Shown: positions 7,640 to 17,991, counted from the stretch's first letter. The stretch is 56,871 nucleotides of DNA from an archaeon (GCA_024653905.1 JANLGZ010000070.1:1-56871); one strand, 5' to 3'. The notes: generated by a model not told the origin, from the sequence alone. Numbers and translations are program-made.

Positions 7640-8560
7640 TCACACAAAGCCAGCAAGCATAGCTCTTTCAGAGGGTTCAAATGTGGTTATGCACTTATCA
7701 AGCGAAACATTACCTCTTTGGGATAAGCCTATACAGTTGAAAACCCATGGAAGGTCATCAAAAATAATGAGTTTTATATGCCCTATTAAAGGCAGGTGGA
7801 ATAAGTATTTTCCTCTGAGGTTTTCCACAGGAATAGGAGCAAGTACAATACAATCATTCCCACTAGAACTACAATCCTGATCCATCCGGTTATTGTTATC
7901 TCCCATGGTTAAAAGAAATTGCCCATCAGGGGCATTGATTTTCAAAACAGCCCTGTGAATTATATCTTGTTTTCTTAATGGAGAAAAGTAAACCACTATT
8001 GGTCCTTTTTCATCAAACTCAAATTCATCAGAACCAATTTTTATTGAAGCGTCTCTTTTAACCCCTGAACTATTAACGCGCTTTCCAATAACAGCATATT
8101 CACGGAGCAGTTTATCTTTTATTGGAAAATCCACATTTGCTTCAGTCAATCGCATTGAACCAGCACCGGTAAGAATTACTATATCTCCTCTGTAAAGAAT
8201 CGGCTCCATGGACCCGGAAAAAACAATTACTAATGGAGCGTTGGTGCCTAGCAAAAATGACAAAACAAAATTGTAAAGAACAAATGCAAATATGAAAGCA
8301 GAAACAAGGTACACTGAAAGAGTAATTGCTTCTTCTTTTTCAAAAAAGAAAAGATAAATGTAAACTATCCCAAGAAGACCTACAATGGTAATTGAGAAAC
8401 CAAATACAATTGAAATCAATAAAGAAAGAATCAGGTAACTTGAAATGAAAACCCCCCATTGGAGTTTCTGATCAAGTGCGTTTATTTTTGGAAGCAGAAA
8501 AAAATCAATATAAGTAAATGGATCTAACCATTTTAGTTTTTCTTTTATTTTCTTAAACAT
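7640..8560 (-). CDS. signal peptidase I, archaeal/Sec11 type (S26B), with long N-terminal membrane extension
   Basis: VFSGSMEPILYRGDIVIL (catalytic Ser box), IIHRAV and TMGDNN boxes. About 100 aa of extra transmembrane helices lie at the N-terminus. Confidence 0.8.
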   Translation of the reverse strand: MFKKIKEKLKWLDPFTYIDFFLLPKINALDQKLQWGVFISSYLILSLLISIVFGFSITIVGLLGIVYIYLFFFEKEEAITLSVYLVSAFIFAFVLYNFVLSFLLGTNAPLVIVFSGSMEPILYRGDIVILTGAGSMRLTEANVDFPIKDKLLREYAVIGKRVNSSGVKRDASIKIGSDEFEFDEKGPIVVYFSPLRKQDIIHRAVLKINAPDGQFLLTMGDNNNRMDQDCSSSGNDCIVLAPIPVENLRGKYLFHLPLIGHIKLIIFDDLPWVFNCIGLSQRGNVSLDKCITTFEPSERAMLAGFV

Positions 8561-8599
8561 AGAGAAAAATCAATGTGAAACTATTTAAGTTGTTTCCCT

Positions 8600-8884
8600 T
8601 TACTTTACTGTTTTTTTAATGTTTTTTTCAAACTCATCAAGGTCTTTCTCTACTTCTTTTGAAGCATCTTCCAAAACTTTCTTTGGAGTTTTCCCTTTTG
8701 TTTTCAAAACAAATTTTGCTTTTTTGTCATTTGGATGTTCAACAAGATATGAAACAAACTCAACTGCAGAGTTATCCAAAAGTTTTTGTTTCAAAAGATT
8801 AGGAAAACTGTGCTTTTCTCCTTCCAAAATAAACTCGGCATAATCTTTTTCGTTTTTTATTACATCTATTTTCATCAATCTCAC
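8600..8884 (-). CDS. rpoL: DNA-directed RNA polymerase subunit L (Rpo11)
   Basis: 94 aa. AEFILEGEKHSFPNLLKQKLLDNSAVEFVSYLVEHPNDKKAKFVLKT matches the Rpo11/RpoL pattern. It is adjacent to csl4, as in most archaea. Confidence 0.8.
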   Translation of the reverse strand: MRLMKIDVIKNEKDYAEFILEGEKHSFPNLLKQKLLDNSAVEFVSYLVEHPNDKKAKFVLKTKGKTPKKVLEDASKEVEKDLDEFEKNIKKTVK

Positions 8885-9459
8885 CTCAAAGCATACAAAC
8901 TTGAAATTTTTCTTTCCTCAGAGTCTCCGGTTACTGTATCTCTTAATTTATTATCAATCAAAACCAAAGGTTTTCTTGACCTGACTCCATAAGCTTTCAC
9001 AACACCAAATTCAGGTTCTTTGGAACCAAGTTCTATGTTGTAAGAAGTTACATCTAAAACTCTTGCCCTTATGATGTCTCCTGCCCTATACATCGTGTCA
9101 ATGGAATCAACATAAGCATCAGCAATATTTGAAATTGCAAGAGAAGCATTTCTGTTATGAACAGTTCTGTTTTCACCGTCTTTTTCAGCAGAAATTACTT
9201 CTACTAAAACAGCATTTGTTTTTACAGAAGAAACCCTTCCATAAACAATACTTCCTTTTTCAATAAGTTTAACACTTCTTGAAAACTTTTCAACACTAGC
9301 TTCATGATTATCAGAATCGAGTTTTTTTACTCCGACTGAATCAGCATAAACGCTTCCTTCATCGTCCTCAAATGCATGGTTCCCTGCCATGAATTCTTCT
9401 TCATATGCAAGAAATTCGCCTGGTATAACTAAATCATCTTTTTTCAAAAAATCCCTCAA
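8881..9459 (-). CDS. csl4: exosome complex RNA-binding protein Csl4
   Basis: 192 aa. N-terminal VIPGEFLAYEEEF, central S1 domain (GSIVYGRVSSVKTNAVLVEV). Conserved csl4-rpoL gene pair. The C-terminal domain has no cysteines. Confidence 0.7.
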   Translation of the reverse strand: MRDFLKKDDLVIPGEFLAYEEEFMAGNHAFEDDEGSVYADSVGVKKLDSDNHEASVEKFSRSVKLIEKGSIVYGRVSSVKTNAVLVEVISAEKDGENRTVHNRNASLAISNIADAYVDSIDTMYRAGDIIRARVLDVTSYNIELGSKEPEFGVVKAYGVRSRKPLVLIDNKLRDTVTGDSEERKISSLYALR

Positions 9460-9531
9460 AAAATAGGCTCTTTCTAAGAATAACTTCCTTCTAGAAATGT
9501 ATATAAATTACTATGATTTAATTGAAGTGGC

Positions 9532-10500
9532 ATGGTACTTGAATCTATCACTAGTTTAAATCTCGCTGAAAAACACCCAATAGCCCTGTTTTTTACTGCT
9601 TTCATAATGACCACAATAGCCATGTTTGTCAGCTATAAGCTATTTCCCTCCAGTAGCGCTGTACTCACAATAGCCTTTGTAACGATTGTTTTTATGCCAC
9701 TGATGCATAATATGTTCAAAAAAGAGGAAATCAAAGAAGTTGATGAAAAAGACATTCCTTTTGCATTTATAGCAACCCATTTTAATGTCATTCATATTTA
9801 CAGCTGGATTTTCATAGGAATGATTGTAGCATACACTTTCTGGGGCGTAGCTCTTCCCGATAATAATGAAAATTGCACGAGTTTTGGGTGTTTTCTGCCC
9901 GCAAAACAAGACGTATTTTTAGAGCAATATAGAGTCCATGGAAAAATAACCGGTAAAATAGTCGGAGAAACTGAATGCTTTAATGAAAAGAGCAAAAGTT
10001 TTGGCTCATGTTTTGAATTAATATTTGTAAACAATTCGTGGGTCATGGTGCTGGCAATAATATTCTCTTTAATATGGGGAGCAGGAGCAATATTTCTTCT
10101 TGGCTGGAACGCATCAGTAATAGGATTATTTTTGGCAATGGAAATAACTGCAAAAAGCCTTGATGCGGGAATCGTACGAGCCTTGGGTTATCTGCCTCAT
10201 GGAATTCCTGAAATAATGGCTTATTTTATTGCTGCAATAATAGGCGGAATTATTTCTGCTGCAATTTCCAAAAAAACATTCCAACCACACGAACTAAGAA
10301 TAGTTGCAATTGATACCTGTCTTTTACTATTATTAGCAACAATAACTCTGTTCATAGGCGCATTCATTGAGACAGCGAGTATATTCAACTACTTTGATGC
10401 CGCCCTCGGAGGAATAATAGCATTCGCAGCACTCTTCTTCATACTTTATATTCCTGGGGTTAGATACAAGATTAATAAAATCAGGAAAGAGAAAATTTAG
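9532..10500 (+). CDS. SpoIIM-family (DUF95) membrane protein with Cys-rich extracytoplasmic insert
   Basis: 322 aa, multi-pass. The signature LGYLPHGIPEIMAYFIAAIIGGII is typical of stage II sporulation protein M homologs. Confidence 0.55.
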   Translation: MVLESITSLNLAEKHPIALFFTAFIMTTIAMFVSYKLFPSSSAVLTIAFVTIVFMPLMHNMFKKEEIKEVDEKDIPFAFIATHFNVIHIYSWIFIGMIVAYTFWGVALPDNNENCTSFGCFLPAKQDVFLEQYRVHGKITGKIVGETECFNEKSKSFGSCFELIFVNNSWVMVLAIIFSLIWGAGAIFLLGWNASVIGLFLAMEITAKSLDAGIVRALGYLPHGIPEIMAYFIAAIIGGIISAAISKKTFQPHELRIVAIDTCLLLLLATITLFIGAFIETASIFNYFDAALGGIIAFAALFFILYIPGVRYKINKIRKEKI

Positions 10501-11429
10501 TTCTTCTTTTTCAAAAATGCTTTTATTGCAGGCGCATATTGTTTCATTAGAGCTTCAAGTTCTTCAGGCGACATGTTTTTTGATGAAAGTGAACTCGCGA
10601 GTTTTGTAAGCTCCATTGGAAAAATGAATTTTGTTGATTTGCCTTCTCCTAATTTTTCAAGAGCCTGAATATAATAATAAGCAAGAGACTTATCATTCAG
10701 TTCCATTGTTGCTGCTTTTACAGCTTCAATTTCTGCTTGTTTAGCTTTTGCTCCTTCCATTCTAGCAAGTTTTTTTTGCACAGCTGCTTTTTGTTCGTGC
10801 ATTGCACTAATAACTGTTTTTGGAATCTGGATATCTTTTATTGCAACCTCTTCAATTTGAATACCCCACTTTTGAGCAAGCCTTTCAAGCTCAACTCTTA
10901 AATCCTTATTCAATTCTTCAATACTTGAAATTAATTCCGCAAGTGTCAAAGAACCGGCTTTATCCCTGATTAAACCAATAACAAAGTGTTCAGAAGCCTC
11001 GATATAATCCACAACCTCAATAACACTGTTTATCACAGATGCATTGTCCTTTCTGACCCTAAGATAAACAACCGCATCAATAGTAACCTCTACATTATCC
11101 TCGGTTACAATGTCCTGTTTTGGAATATCTATTGTTCTTGTTCTGGTATCCACAATAACCGCACTTTCAAGAGGAGGGATAATTACTGCCCAGCCAGGCC
11201 CAGCAACTCTTTTGACTTTTCCAAACCTAAATACAACAGCTCTTTCATAATCTTTCAGAGTAAGCAGGTAATCAAACCTTGCGAACAAAAAAAGTATTAT
11301 AAGTATAGGAATTATCCACAAAGCATTATCCGCAATAAACTGGAAATTATTAATAAGTACAAAAAGCACTGTTACAGCAAAAATGAACAATATTATGAAA
11401 ACAAAGAATTTCACGTTGTCTGACGGCAA
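10497..11429 (-). CDS. SPFH/band-7 (stomatin/prohibitin) domain protein
   Basis: 310 aa. N-terminal transmembrane segment, then YERAVVFRFGKVKRVAGPGWAVIIPPLESAVIVDTRTRTIDIPKQDIVTEDNVEVTIDAVVYLRV and a coiled-coil tail. Confidence 0.85.
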   Translation of the reverse strand: MPSDNVKFFVFIILFIFAVTVLFVLINNFQFIADNALWIIPILIILFLFARFDYLLTLKDYERAVVFRFGKVKRVAGPGWAVIIPPLESAVIVDTRTRTIDIPKQDIVTEDNVEVTIDAVVYLRVRKDNASVINSVIEVVDYIEASEHFVIGLIRDKAGSLTLAELISSIEELNKDLRVELERLAQKWGIQIEEVAIKDIQIPKTVISAMHEQKAAVQKKLARMEGAKAKQAEIEAVKAATMELNDKSLAYYYIQALEKLGEGKSTKFIFPMELTKLASSLSSKNMSPEELEALMKQYAPAIKAFLKKKN

Positions 11430-11514
11430 TTATGATCACTAAACCCTATTTAATTCTCTTTTATATATAAGGTTATATACAATTAATTCATTTAAATACA
11501 TAAGTGATGATCAA

Positions 11515-12750
11515 ATGATAAAAAACGAGAGTTTATTGGTATTATGCGTTGACCGAGACAACGATCTTGGAAAAAAAGTAGGCATAAATGGACCAATATT
11601 AGGCAGATCTGATTGTATAAAAGCAGCAGCAAAACTCGCGCTTAATGATCCTACAGATTCTGATTCAAACAGTATTTTTGGGGCTGTGAAAAAATTTGAT
11701 GAAGTAAAAAACCATTCAAATGCACAAGTTGCTATACTAACAGGATATGGAAAAACAGGTTTTGAATCAGACCACAAAATTGTTCAACAGCTTGATGAGG
11801 TACTTGATAAGTTTCCCGCAACAGGTGTTGTTCTTGTTACTGATGGTGCTGAAGATGATCAGGTTATTCCAATCATTCAGGGAAGAGTTCCGATAGTTTC
11901 AAAAGAAACAATTATTGTAAAGCAGGCATCAGAGGTTGAATCAACTTATTACACAATAAAACAGGTTTTGAAAGACCCTGATTTTACAAGAGCTTTCATT
12001 TTAGTTCCTGGAATTGTTGTACTGCTTTGGGGAATTTTAGCGTTTGCAGGGGCTGAAAAATTATTTTTCCAAAGTATGCTGATTGTTGTTGGTTCTTATT
12101 TAATTTTGAAAGGAACTGGATTAGAAGACAAAATTGCAGGAGCAATTTACACAGTAACCAAAAGCATGTCATTACAAAGAGTAAGTTTTCCTTTTTACTT
12201 GATGACGATTTTGTTATTCATAATTGGTTCATGGGCAGCATTTACAGAATTCAATACTCTAGGAAGTAATGTTTTCACAAGAGCTTCGGGAGCGGTTGGG
12301 CAAATACTTTTATTTTTAGTTTTAAGTTCGATTTCATTTGTAGTTGGAAAAAGTGTTGATGCAATACAACTCAAAAAAGCATACCTCATCAGAAAATACT
12401 TTGTAACAGGAGCTGCAGTATTCATACTTTGGTTTATTATGGATGCAACAAGACAAGTAATAGTTGGAGCACCATACGCTGATCTTGCATGGTTCAGTTC
12501 AAATGTATTAGCAAGCTTTGTATTCGGCGTAATAACTTACAAAATATCACAAGTGCTTGATTTAAGGAAAAAAATAACCGAACTATTAATTGGTCTGCCA
12601 GTATATAGCAAAGATGAAAAGTGGATTGGGGCTGTTGAATCAATCAAAAGAAAAGACAGCATTACTTTTACCAATAAGAAAACAAACAAAACAATGAATA
12701 TAAAAGAAGGACAATTTATTTTAAGCGAAGGAAGAGTAATACTGAACTAA
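11515..12750 (+). CDS. DUF373-family archaeal membrane protein
   Basis: 411 aa. N-terminal soluble domain LVLCVDRDNDLGKKVGINGPILGRSDCIKAAAKLALNDPTDSDSNSIFGAVKKFDE, followed by several transmembrane helices. Confidence 0.6.
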   Translation: MIKNESLLVLCVDRDNDLGKKVGINGPILGRSDCIKAAAKLALNDPTDSDSNSIFGAVKKFDEVKNHSNAQVAILTGYGKTGFESDHKIVQQLDEVLDKFPATGVVLVTDGAEDDQVIPIIQGRVPIVSKETIIVKQASEVESTYYTIKQVLKDPDFTRAFILVPGIVVLLWGILAFAGAEKLFFQSMLIVVGSYLILKGTGLEDKIAGAIYTVTKSMSLQRVSFPFYLMTILLFIIGSWAAFTEFNTLGSNVFTRASGAVGQILLFLVLSSISFVVGKSVDAIQLKKAYLIRKYFVTGAAVFILWFIMDATRQVIVGAPYADLAWFSSNVLASFVFGVITYKISQVLDLRKKITELLIGLPVYSKDEKWIGAVESIKRKDSITFTNKKTNKTMNIKEGQFILSEGRVILN

Positions 12751-12768
12751 TTTTTTAAATAAAAAAAC

Positions 12769-14676
12769 TTAATTAGCAGTTTTTGTTTCTTTCAAAACTT
12801 TGGTTAAATTCAATTTCATTAATTTTTTCAAACTTGTTAGTAACTTGGTTTTTTCTGCACCTTTAACAAATGCATGCTCAAGAACTTCTGAAAGATTTTT
12901 CACGGGAATAATTTTAACTTTTTTCAATCGTTCCTCTGACAAAACAACATCAGCAAGGTTCGAATAAGGAATTATTACTTCCTTAAAACCAGCATCAACC
13001 GCAGCAGTAATTTTAGAAGTAATACCCCCAACAGGCATGACTTCACCTCTTACACTTAATGAACCTGTCATTGCAAGATTTTGCTTTATTGGAATTCTTT
13101 CCAAAGCAGAAACAACAGCAGTAGCAACACTCACAGATGCTGAATCCCCTTCAACCCCACTATAAGACTGCAAAAACTGAATGTGTAAATCGTGCTTGAA
13201 AATATCCTTTCCTGAAAGTTTCTTTATTATAGCTGAAACATTCTGCACAGCTTCTCTTGCAATTTCTCCAAGTTTTCCAGTTGCAATAATTTTTCCCTCA
13301 GCACTTGATTGTGCAGGCGCAATTTCTGCTTCAATAGGCATAATCAAACCTGCATCCCCATCAGCCATAACAGCTAAACCATTAACCCTGCCAATAGCAC
13401 TTCCTTCAAAATGATAAACATCATAATCTTTTTTATCCTCAATTATCTTTTGAACCATTTGTTGTTCAAGAGTTCTTGCTGATACTTTCGCTTCAATAAC
13501 ATCCTGAGCAGTAACAAGAGCATGATTTTTTTCAATAGAAAGATCTCCCGCAGCTCTTATCAACCCGCCAAGATCACGAAGTTTAAGAGTTAACTTATTC
13601 TTTTTTCCAGCACGTCTTCTTGCCTCAAAAATAATTTCATTAACCGCATCCATTGCAAAGTGCGGAATCTTGCGATCATTAATAACTTCCTGCGCAATAA
13701 ACTGCACAATTTTATTCCTATTATCCTCAGTATCATTCATTTCAATATTCATATAAGCTTCATAACCATAACCTCTAATTCTGCTTCTCAATGCAGGATG
13801 AACTTTTTCTAAATCCTTATAATTTCCTGCTGCAACTAAAACAAAATCACAAGGAATTGGATCTGTTCGAGTCATAGCACCAGAAGACATTTCAGACTGA
13901 CCAGTAATAGAATATTTTTTTTCCTGCATTGCTGTTAAGAGTTCCTGCTGGGATTTCATTGAAAGAGTTGCAATTTCATCCACAAACAAAACACCGCCAG
14001 AAGCCTTGTGAATCATTCCAGGTTCAACCCTTAAATGCGCAGGAGTTCCAAGGCCGCCGCTTTGCAATGGGTCGTGGCGAACATCACCTAAAAGAGCACC
14101 AGCTCTTGCACCTGTTGCTTCAAAAAAAGGAGCAATCTTTTTTGTAGCATTATTAATCAAAAGTTTTGGAGTAATTGCCCCAGATTTCATTTTAACCTGT
14201 GCACCCAAAGCAAAACCAATCATCAAAAATCCACCAAGAATTAATGTTGCAGCATAAACAACATCAGGCATAAAACCTAAAGTCCAAACAACATAACTCA
14301 AAATAAACCAGCCCAAAGGAAGAATCATTCCAAGCAAACGCATGTTGTCTTCCTGTGCTTTATTTTCAAGTCTTGATTGTTCCAAAACTTTTTTTCCATG
14401 ACCTGCTTTTACAACTCTTACTTTTGGATTATTTTGGTCTTCTTCATTAGGATAAATAAGAACATCAACAAGTCTTTGCAAAGGCATTATTTCTGACATT
14501 GCTTTTGCAAGCATTGACTTTCCAGTCCCAGGAATTCCAATAAGCAAAACATTTCTCTTCTGAACTGCCGCTTTTCTGATTAATTCAACTGTTTTTTCCT
14601 GGCCTATAATCTGATCTAACAATAATTTAGGAACTTGAACTTCTTTTGTTGATTTTAGTTTAAGTAAGTCAGCCAT
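12769..14676 (-). CDS. lonB: archaeal membrane-bound Lon protease (LonB)
   Basis: 635 aa. Walker [15 protein letters not shown]. Two transmembrane helices inserted in the AAA module. Protease Ser box [15 protein letters not shown] and Lys box [12 protein letters not shown]. Confidence 0.9.
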   Translation of the reverse strand: MADLLKLKSTKEVQVPKLLLDQIIGQEKTVELIRKAAVQKRNVLLIGIPGTGKSMLAKAMSEIMPLQRLVDVLIYPNEEDQNNPKVRVVKAGHGKKVLEQSRLENKAQEDNMRLLGMILPLGWFILSYVVWTLGFMPDVVYAATLILGGFLMIGFALGAQVKMKSGAITPKLLINNATKKIAPFFEATGARAGALLGDVRHDPLQSGGLGTPAHLRVEPGMIHKASGGVLFVDEIATLSMKSQQELLTAMQEKKYSITGQSEMSSGAMTRTDPIPCDFVLVAAGNYKDLEKVHPALRSRIRGYGYEAYMNIEMNDTEDNRNKIVQFIAQEVINDRKIPHFAMDAVNEIIFEARRRAGKKNKLTLKLRDLGGLIRAAGDLSIEKNHALVTAQDVIEAKVSARTLEQQMVQKIIEDKKDYDVYHFEGSAIGRVNGLAVMADGDAGLIMPIEAEIAPAQSSAEGKIIATGKLGEIAREAVQNVSAIIKKLSGKDIFKHDLHIQFLQSYSGVEGDSASVSVATAVVSALERIPIKQNLAMTGSLSVRGEVMPVGGITSKITAAVDAGFKEVIIPYSNLADVVLSEERLKKVKIIPVKNLSEVLEHAFVKGAEKTKLLTSLKKLMKLNLTKVLKETKTAN

Positions 14677-14740
14677 ATTATAGTATATATAAAAGAGAAT
14701 GAATTAAATAGTTTGCTAGAACAATCTAAACTGATTAACC

Positions 14741-15655
14741 ATGAGTGATAAAGCAAAAATAGTTTTTTTAGGTACTAGTGCCTCAACACCCACAAAGAAC
14801 CGCGGATTAAACAGCGTAGTGATACGCTTTGAAGGAGAATGGCTGCTTTTTGATATTCCTGAAGGAACACAAAGGCAAATGATGAAATCAAAAGTAAGTT
14901 ATTTGAAAATAAACCATGTTTTTATTTCACATTTCCACGCAGACCACATTCTTGGTTTAAGCGGTTTACTTGCAACAATGAACATTCACGGAAGAGACTG
15001 GCCAATAACAATTTATGGTCCTAAAGGGATAGAGGAAAAGGTTGATTCAATGCTGAAAATTGCAATGCTGACCCCTGGATTTGATGTTAAAACTGTAGAG
15101 GTTAAGAAAGGAATAATTCTGAAAGAAGAAAAGTTTTCGATTACAGCAACACCACTTAATCATGAAATTGAATGCTTTGGTTACATATTTAAAGAAAAAG
15201 ATAAGGAAGGAGAATTTAACAGGCAAAAAGCAATTAAGCTTGGAGTTCCAATTGGGCCTTTGTTTAGTGATTTGCAGAAAGGAAAAAAAGTGAAAGTTGA
15301 TGGAAAAACAATTAACCCGGAAGATGTTCTGGATGTAAGTAAGGCAAAGCCTGGAAGGAAAATTTCACTGATTTTTGATACACTTCCTTCAAAAAATTAT
15401 TACAAAGCAATAGAGAATTCTGATATTTTAATTCACGAATCTTCATTTTTGGATCAAATGAAAGAACGCGCCAAAGAAACAATGCATTCAACCGCTCTGC
15501 AAGCTGGAGAAGTTGCTAAAGAAACAAATGCAAAAAAACTAATTTTATTCCATTTGAGTGCAAGGCATAAAGAAAACGAAAAATTTGAACACGAAGCAAG
15601 AACAGCTTTTCCGAATGTAGAAGTAGCAAAAGATTTAATGGAAATCGAACTTTGA
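14741..15655 (+). CDS. rnz: ribonuclease Z (tRNA 3' endonuclease)
   Basis: 304 aa. MBL fold with ISHFHADHILGL, and FHLSARH near the C-terminus. Confidence 0.9.
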   Translation: MSDKAKIVFLGTSASTPTKNRGLNSVVIRFEGEWLLFDIPEGTQRQMMKSKVSYLKINHVFISHFHADHILGLSGLLATMNIHGRDWPITIYGPKGIEEKVDSMLKIAMLTPGFDVKTVEVKKGIILKEEKFSITATPLNHEIECFGYIFKEKDKEGEFNRQKAIKLGVPIGPLFSDLQKGKKVKVDGKTINPEDVLDVSKAKPGRKISLIFDTLPSKNYYKAIENSDILIHESSFLDQMKERAKETMHSTALQAGEVAKETNAKKLILFHLSARHKENEKFEHEARTAFPNVEVAKDLMEIEL

Positions 15656-15784
15656 AATTAAATTATTTCAAAGCTAAAGCAGATATTCAAAGAACACGTT
15701 GAAGACAGACGATTTTAGAATAATTCTGCCGGAAAGAAAAGCATAAAAATAGTTTACTTATATTACTTAAATAAGGTGATTTTA

Positions 15785-15988
15785 ATGGTTAATATGACGC
15801 TGGCGGTTAAGGAAAAAACCCATGCAGTAATAAAAAGGCACCCTGAAATAAAGTGGACTGAAGTCGCAAGGCAGGCTATCGAAAAGAAAGCGGCTTTGCT
15901 AGAATCGGAAAAGGACGAGTGGAGAAAATATGCTTTAAAGCATGCACTGGAAGACTGGGATGATGCTGATGAACTCATCGATTATTGA
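15785..15988 (+). CDS. putative antitoxin (small acidic-tailed protein upstream of MazF-like gene)
   Basis: About 67 aa from the ATG at 15785; the track starts at GTG 15776. It overlaps the downstream toxin-like ORF. Acidic C-terminus EDWDDADELIDY. Confidence 0.45.
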   Translation: MVNMTLAVKEKTHAVIKRHPEIKWTEVARQAIEKKAALLESEKDEWRKYALKHALEDWDDADELIDY

Positions 15989-16319
15989 ACAGGGTGAACT
16001 TGTAGTGGCGGACATAATGTTTGCCGAACAGGATGAAAAGAAAAGAAGGCTAGCACTTATCATCAGCAACACTGCTTATAACAAAGCATCAAATGATGTT
16101 GTAGTGCTCAAAGTCACGTCCAAAGCAAAGTCTTTGCAATACACTGTCAATCTCACAAACGAATCCACTATAAAAAAAGCACTCAGAAAGGACAGTACAA
16201 TAAGAGTTGATTTTCCGATTACTATTTCAAAGCAAAAAATTCTTGCGCGACCGGATAAGGTAAACATGGAAAAGCTCCGTGAAACAAAAGAAAGACTAAA
16301 AAATTTCTACGAGCTGTGA
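15969..16319 (+). CDS. MazF/PemK-family toxin-like protein
   Basis: MNSSIIEQGELVVADIMFAEQDEKKRRLALIISNTAYNKASNDVVVLKVTSKAK... matches the PemK/MazF SH3-like barrel pattern (G-x-[IV]-x..F.....K.RPalV[IL]S....d[VI]i...[IV]TS). The start is uncertain (15942-15969). Confidence 0.6.
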   Translation: MNSSIIEQGELVVADIMFAEQDEKKRRLALIISNTAYNKASNDVVVLKVTSKAKSLQYTVNLTNESTIKKALRKDSTIRVDFPITISKQKILARPDKVNMEKLRETKERLKNFYEL

Positions 16320-16538
16320 CAACTTTAAAAGAAGCCAACCCAGAAGCCACAGCCACACTACAAATAACCGACAAACAAGCAGAAAAACACTGCACACAAG
16401 CACTAATCAAACTAGCACAAAACAAAAAACTCAAAGAACTACAATAAAAACCAGTAAAAAAAAGAACTCCAACACCATTCTAATTCCATCTCCCTTCCAC
16501 AGCAACAAATATATTCTTTAATTACTTATTTAGAGTGC

Positions 16539-17261
16539 ATGAAAGCGGTTATTATTGCTGCAGGCAAAGGGGTTAGGTTAAGACCTATTACTGATGAGAT
16601 ACCTAAGTGCATGGCTGAACTGAAAGGAAAGCCAATGATGGAACATGTTCTTGTTAATTTGAAAAAAGCAGGAATTGAAGAATGTCATTTGGTTGTTGGT
16701 TATAAAAAAGATGTTATCGAAGAACACTTTGGACCTGAATTTGAAGGAATGAAATTGAATTATTTTGTTCAAGAAGAACCAAAAGGAACAGCACATGCGG
16801 TTAGTCTTGTAGAAGAATATATTGATGGGAAATTTTTGATTACTAATGCGGATGTGATTGTTGGTTCGCAAAATTACCAAGCTTTGATTAAGACGGATGA
16901 ATTTGATAAAGCAGACGGAGTTCTTTTAGCAAGAAAAGTCAAAGACCCATGGAGATACGGTGTTCTGAAAACTGAAGGTCAAAAAATAATTGATATTATT
17001 GAAAAACCAGCACCAGGAAAAGAACCAAGTAATCTTATCAATGCGGGAGTTTATCGTTTTTCGAAAGATTTTTTTGAAGCAATAAGAGAAACACAATTAT
17101 CAGAAAGGAATGAATATGAATTAGTGGATTCTATTAAAATTTATATGAAAAAAGGAAAAAATATGGAATTCCGAAATTGTATTGGGATGTGTGTGGATGT
17201 TGCCACAAAAGCTGATTTAGAAGAAGCAGATTCTATTCTTGATGAATTGTTTCCAATGTAA
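16539..17261 (+). CDS. sugar-phosphate nucleotidyltransferase (NDP-sugar pyrophosphorylase family)
   Basis: 240 aa. MKAVIIAAGKGVRLRPITDEIPK (G-x-G-x-R-L-x-P loop), and EPKGTAHAV. Confidence 0.8.
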   Translation: MKAVIIAAGKGVRLRPITDEIPKCMAELKGKPMMEHVLVNLKKAGIEECHLVVGYKKDVIEEHFGPEFEGMKLNYFVQEEPKGTAHAVSLVEEYIDGKFLITNADVIVGSQNYQALIKTDEFDKADGVLLARKVKDPWRYGVLKTEGQKIIDIIEKPAPGKEPSNLINAGVYRFSKDFFEAIRETQLSERNEYELVDSIKIYMKKGKNMEFRNCIGMCVDVATKADLEEADSILDELFPM

Positions 17262-17307
17262 TTTCTGAAACAATTTCCAATTTGAATTAAGTAGAATACT
17301 TTGTTTG

Positions 17308-17991
17308 TCAAGGGGTTTTGAAACTTTGACCCGGTTTTAAAATAACAGGAATTGTTTTCAGAATGCTTTTATCAATTCTTGCTTTGAATTCCTGCGGATC
17401 CGCTATTATTGAATCAAAAGAATTGTAATGCATCGGAATAGCATATTTGGGTTTCATTGTTTTCGCAGCACGAACCGCATCAATAACATCCATTGTGGAA
17501 CTTCCTCCAATAGGAAGAATTGCAACATCACAATCAATGTCATTAAATGAATCAGTTAATGATGTGTTTCCTGCAAAGAAAATTTTTTCCTTATCTTTTG
17601 TAAAACAAAAACTCAAAGGATAAAATGCATTAGGGTAATGGGCGCTCCTAACCTCAATATCAACCCCGCGTAAACTTAATTTGTCTCCAATCTTCACATT
17701 ATTTTTCAGACTAGGCGGAATATTCAAATCACTCAATATTGATTCATGACCAATAACCGAAGCATGATCTCTGGTTGCAATTAATTCAACAACTTTTTTA
17801 TCAAAATGATCAAAATGTTCATTGCTTATAAAAATTAATCCGATATTTTTCAGCTGGTCAACATTAACGGGGCATTTCATATTCATTTTAAAAGTTCCTT
17901 CATCAGGTGCGTTGATGAACGGGTCAACAAGAATGTTAACTCCTGTAAAAGAAATTTTAAAAAAAGAATGCCAGAGGTATTGAATTTTCAT
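17308..17991 (-). CDS. metallo-beta-lactamase-fold hydrolase (UPF0173-like)
   Basis: The ATG at 17991 gives MKIQYLWHSFFKISFTGVNILVDPF. ISNEHFDHFD is a His motif variant. The track's 5' extension to 18048 looks spurious. Confidence 0.7.
   Translation of the reverse strand: MKIQYLWHSFFKISFTGVNILVDPFINAPDEGTFKMNMKCPVNVDQLKNIGLIFISNEHFDHFDKKVVELIATRDHASVIGHESILSDLNIPPSLKNNVKIGDKLSLRGVDIEVRSAHYPNAFYPLSFCFTKDKEKIFFAGNTSLTDSFNDIDCDVAILPIGGSSTMDVIDAVRAAKTMKPKYAIPMHYNSFDSIIADPQEFKARIDKSILKTIPVILKPGQSFKTP

Noticed and set aside
10986-11423. 145-aa plus-strand ORF (with similar antisense ORFs at 41403-41789, 5935-6273, 16578-16880 and 49754-50113)
   Set aside because: All lie antisense within confidently identified genes (SPFH, ATP-cone protein, rpiB, nucleotidyltransferase, pilus ATPase) and have skewed low-complexity composition.
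16222-16434. 70-aa minus-strand ORF in the A+C-rich tract
   Set aside because: It is Cys/Ser/Phe/Val-rich, a product of reading the G+T-rich complement. It has no start context. The tract is treated as a compositional anomaly instead.
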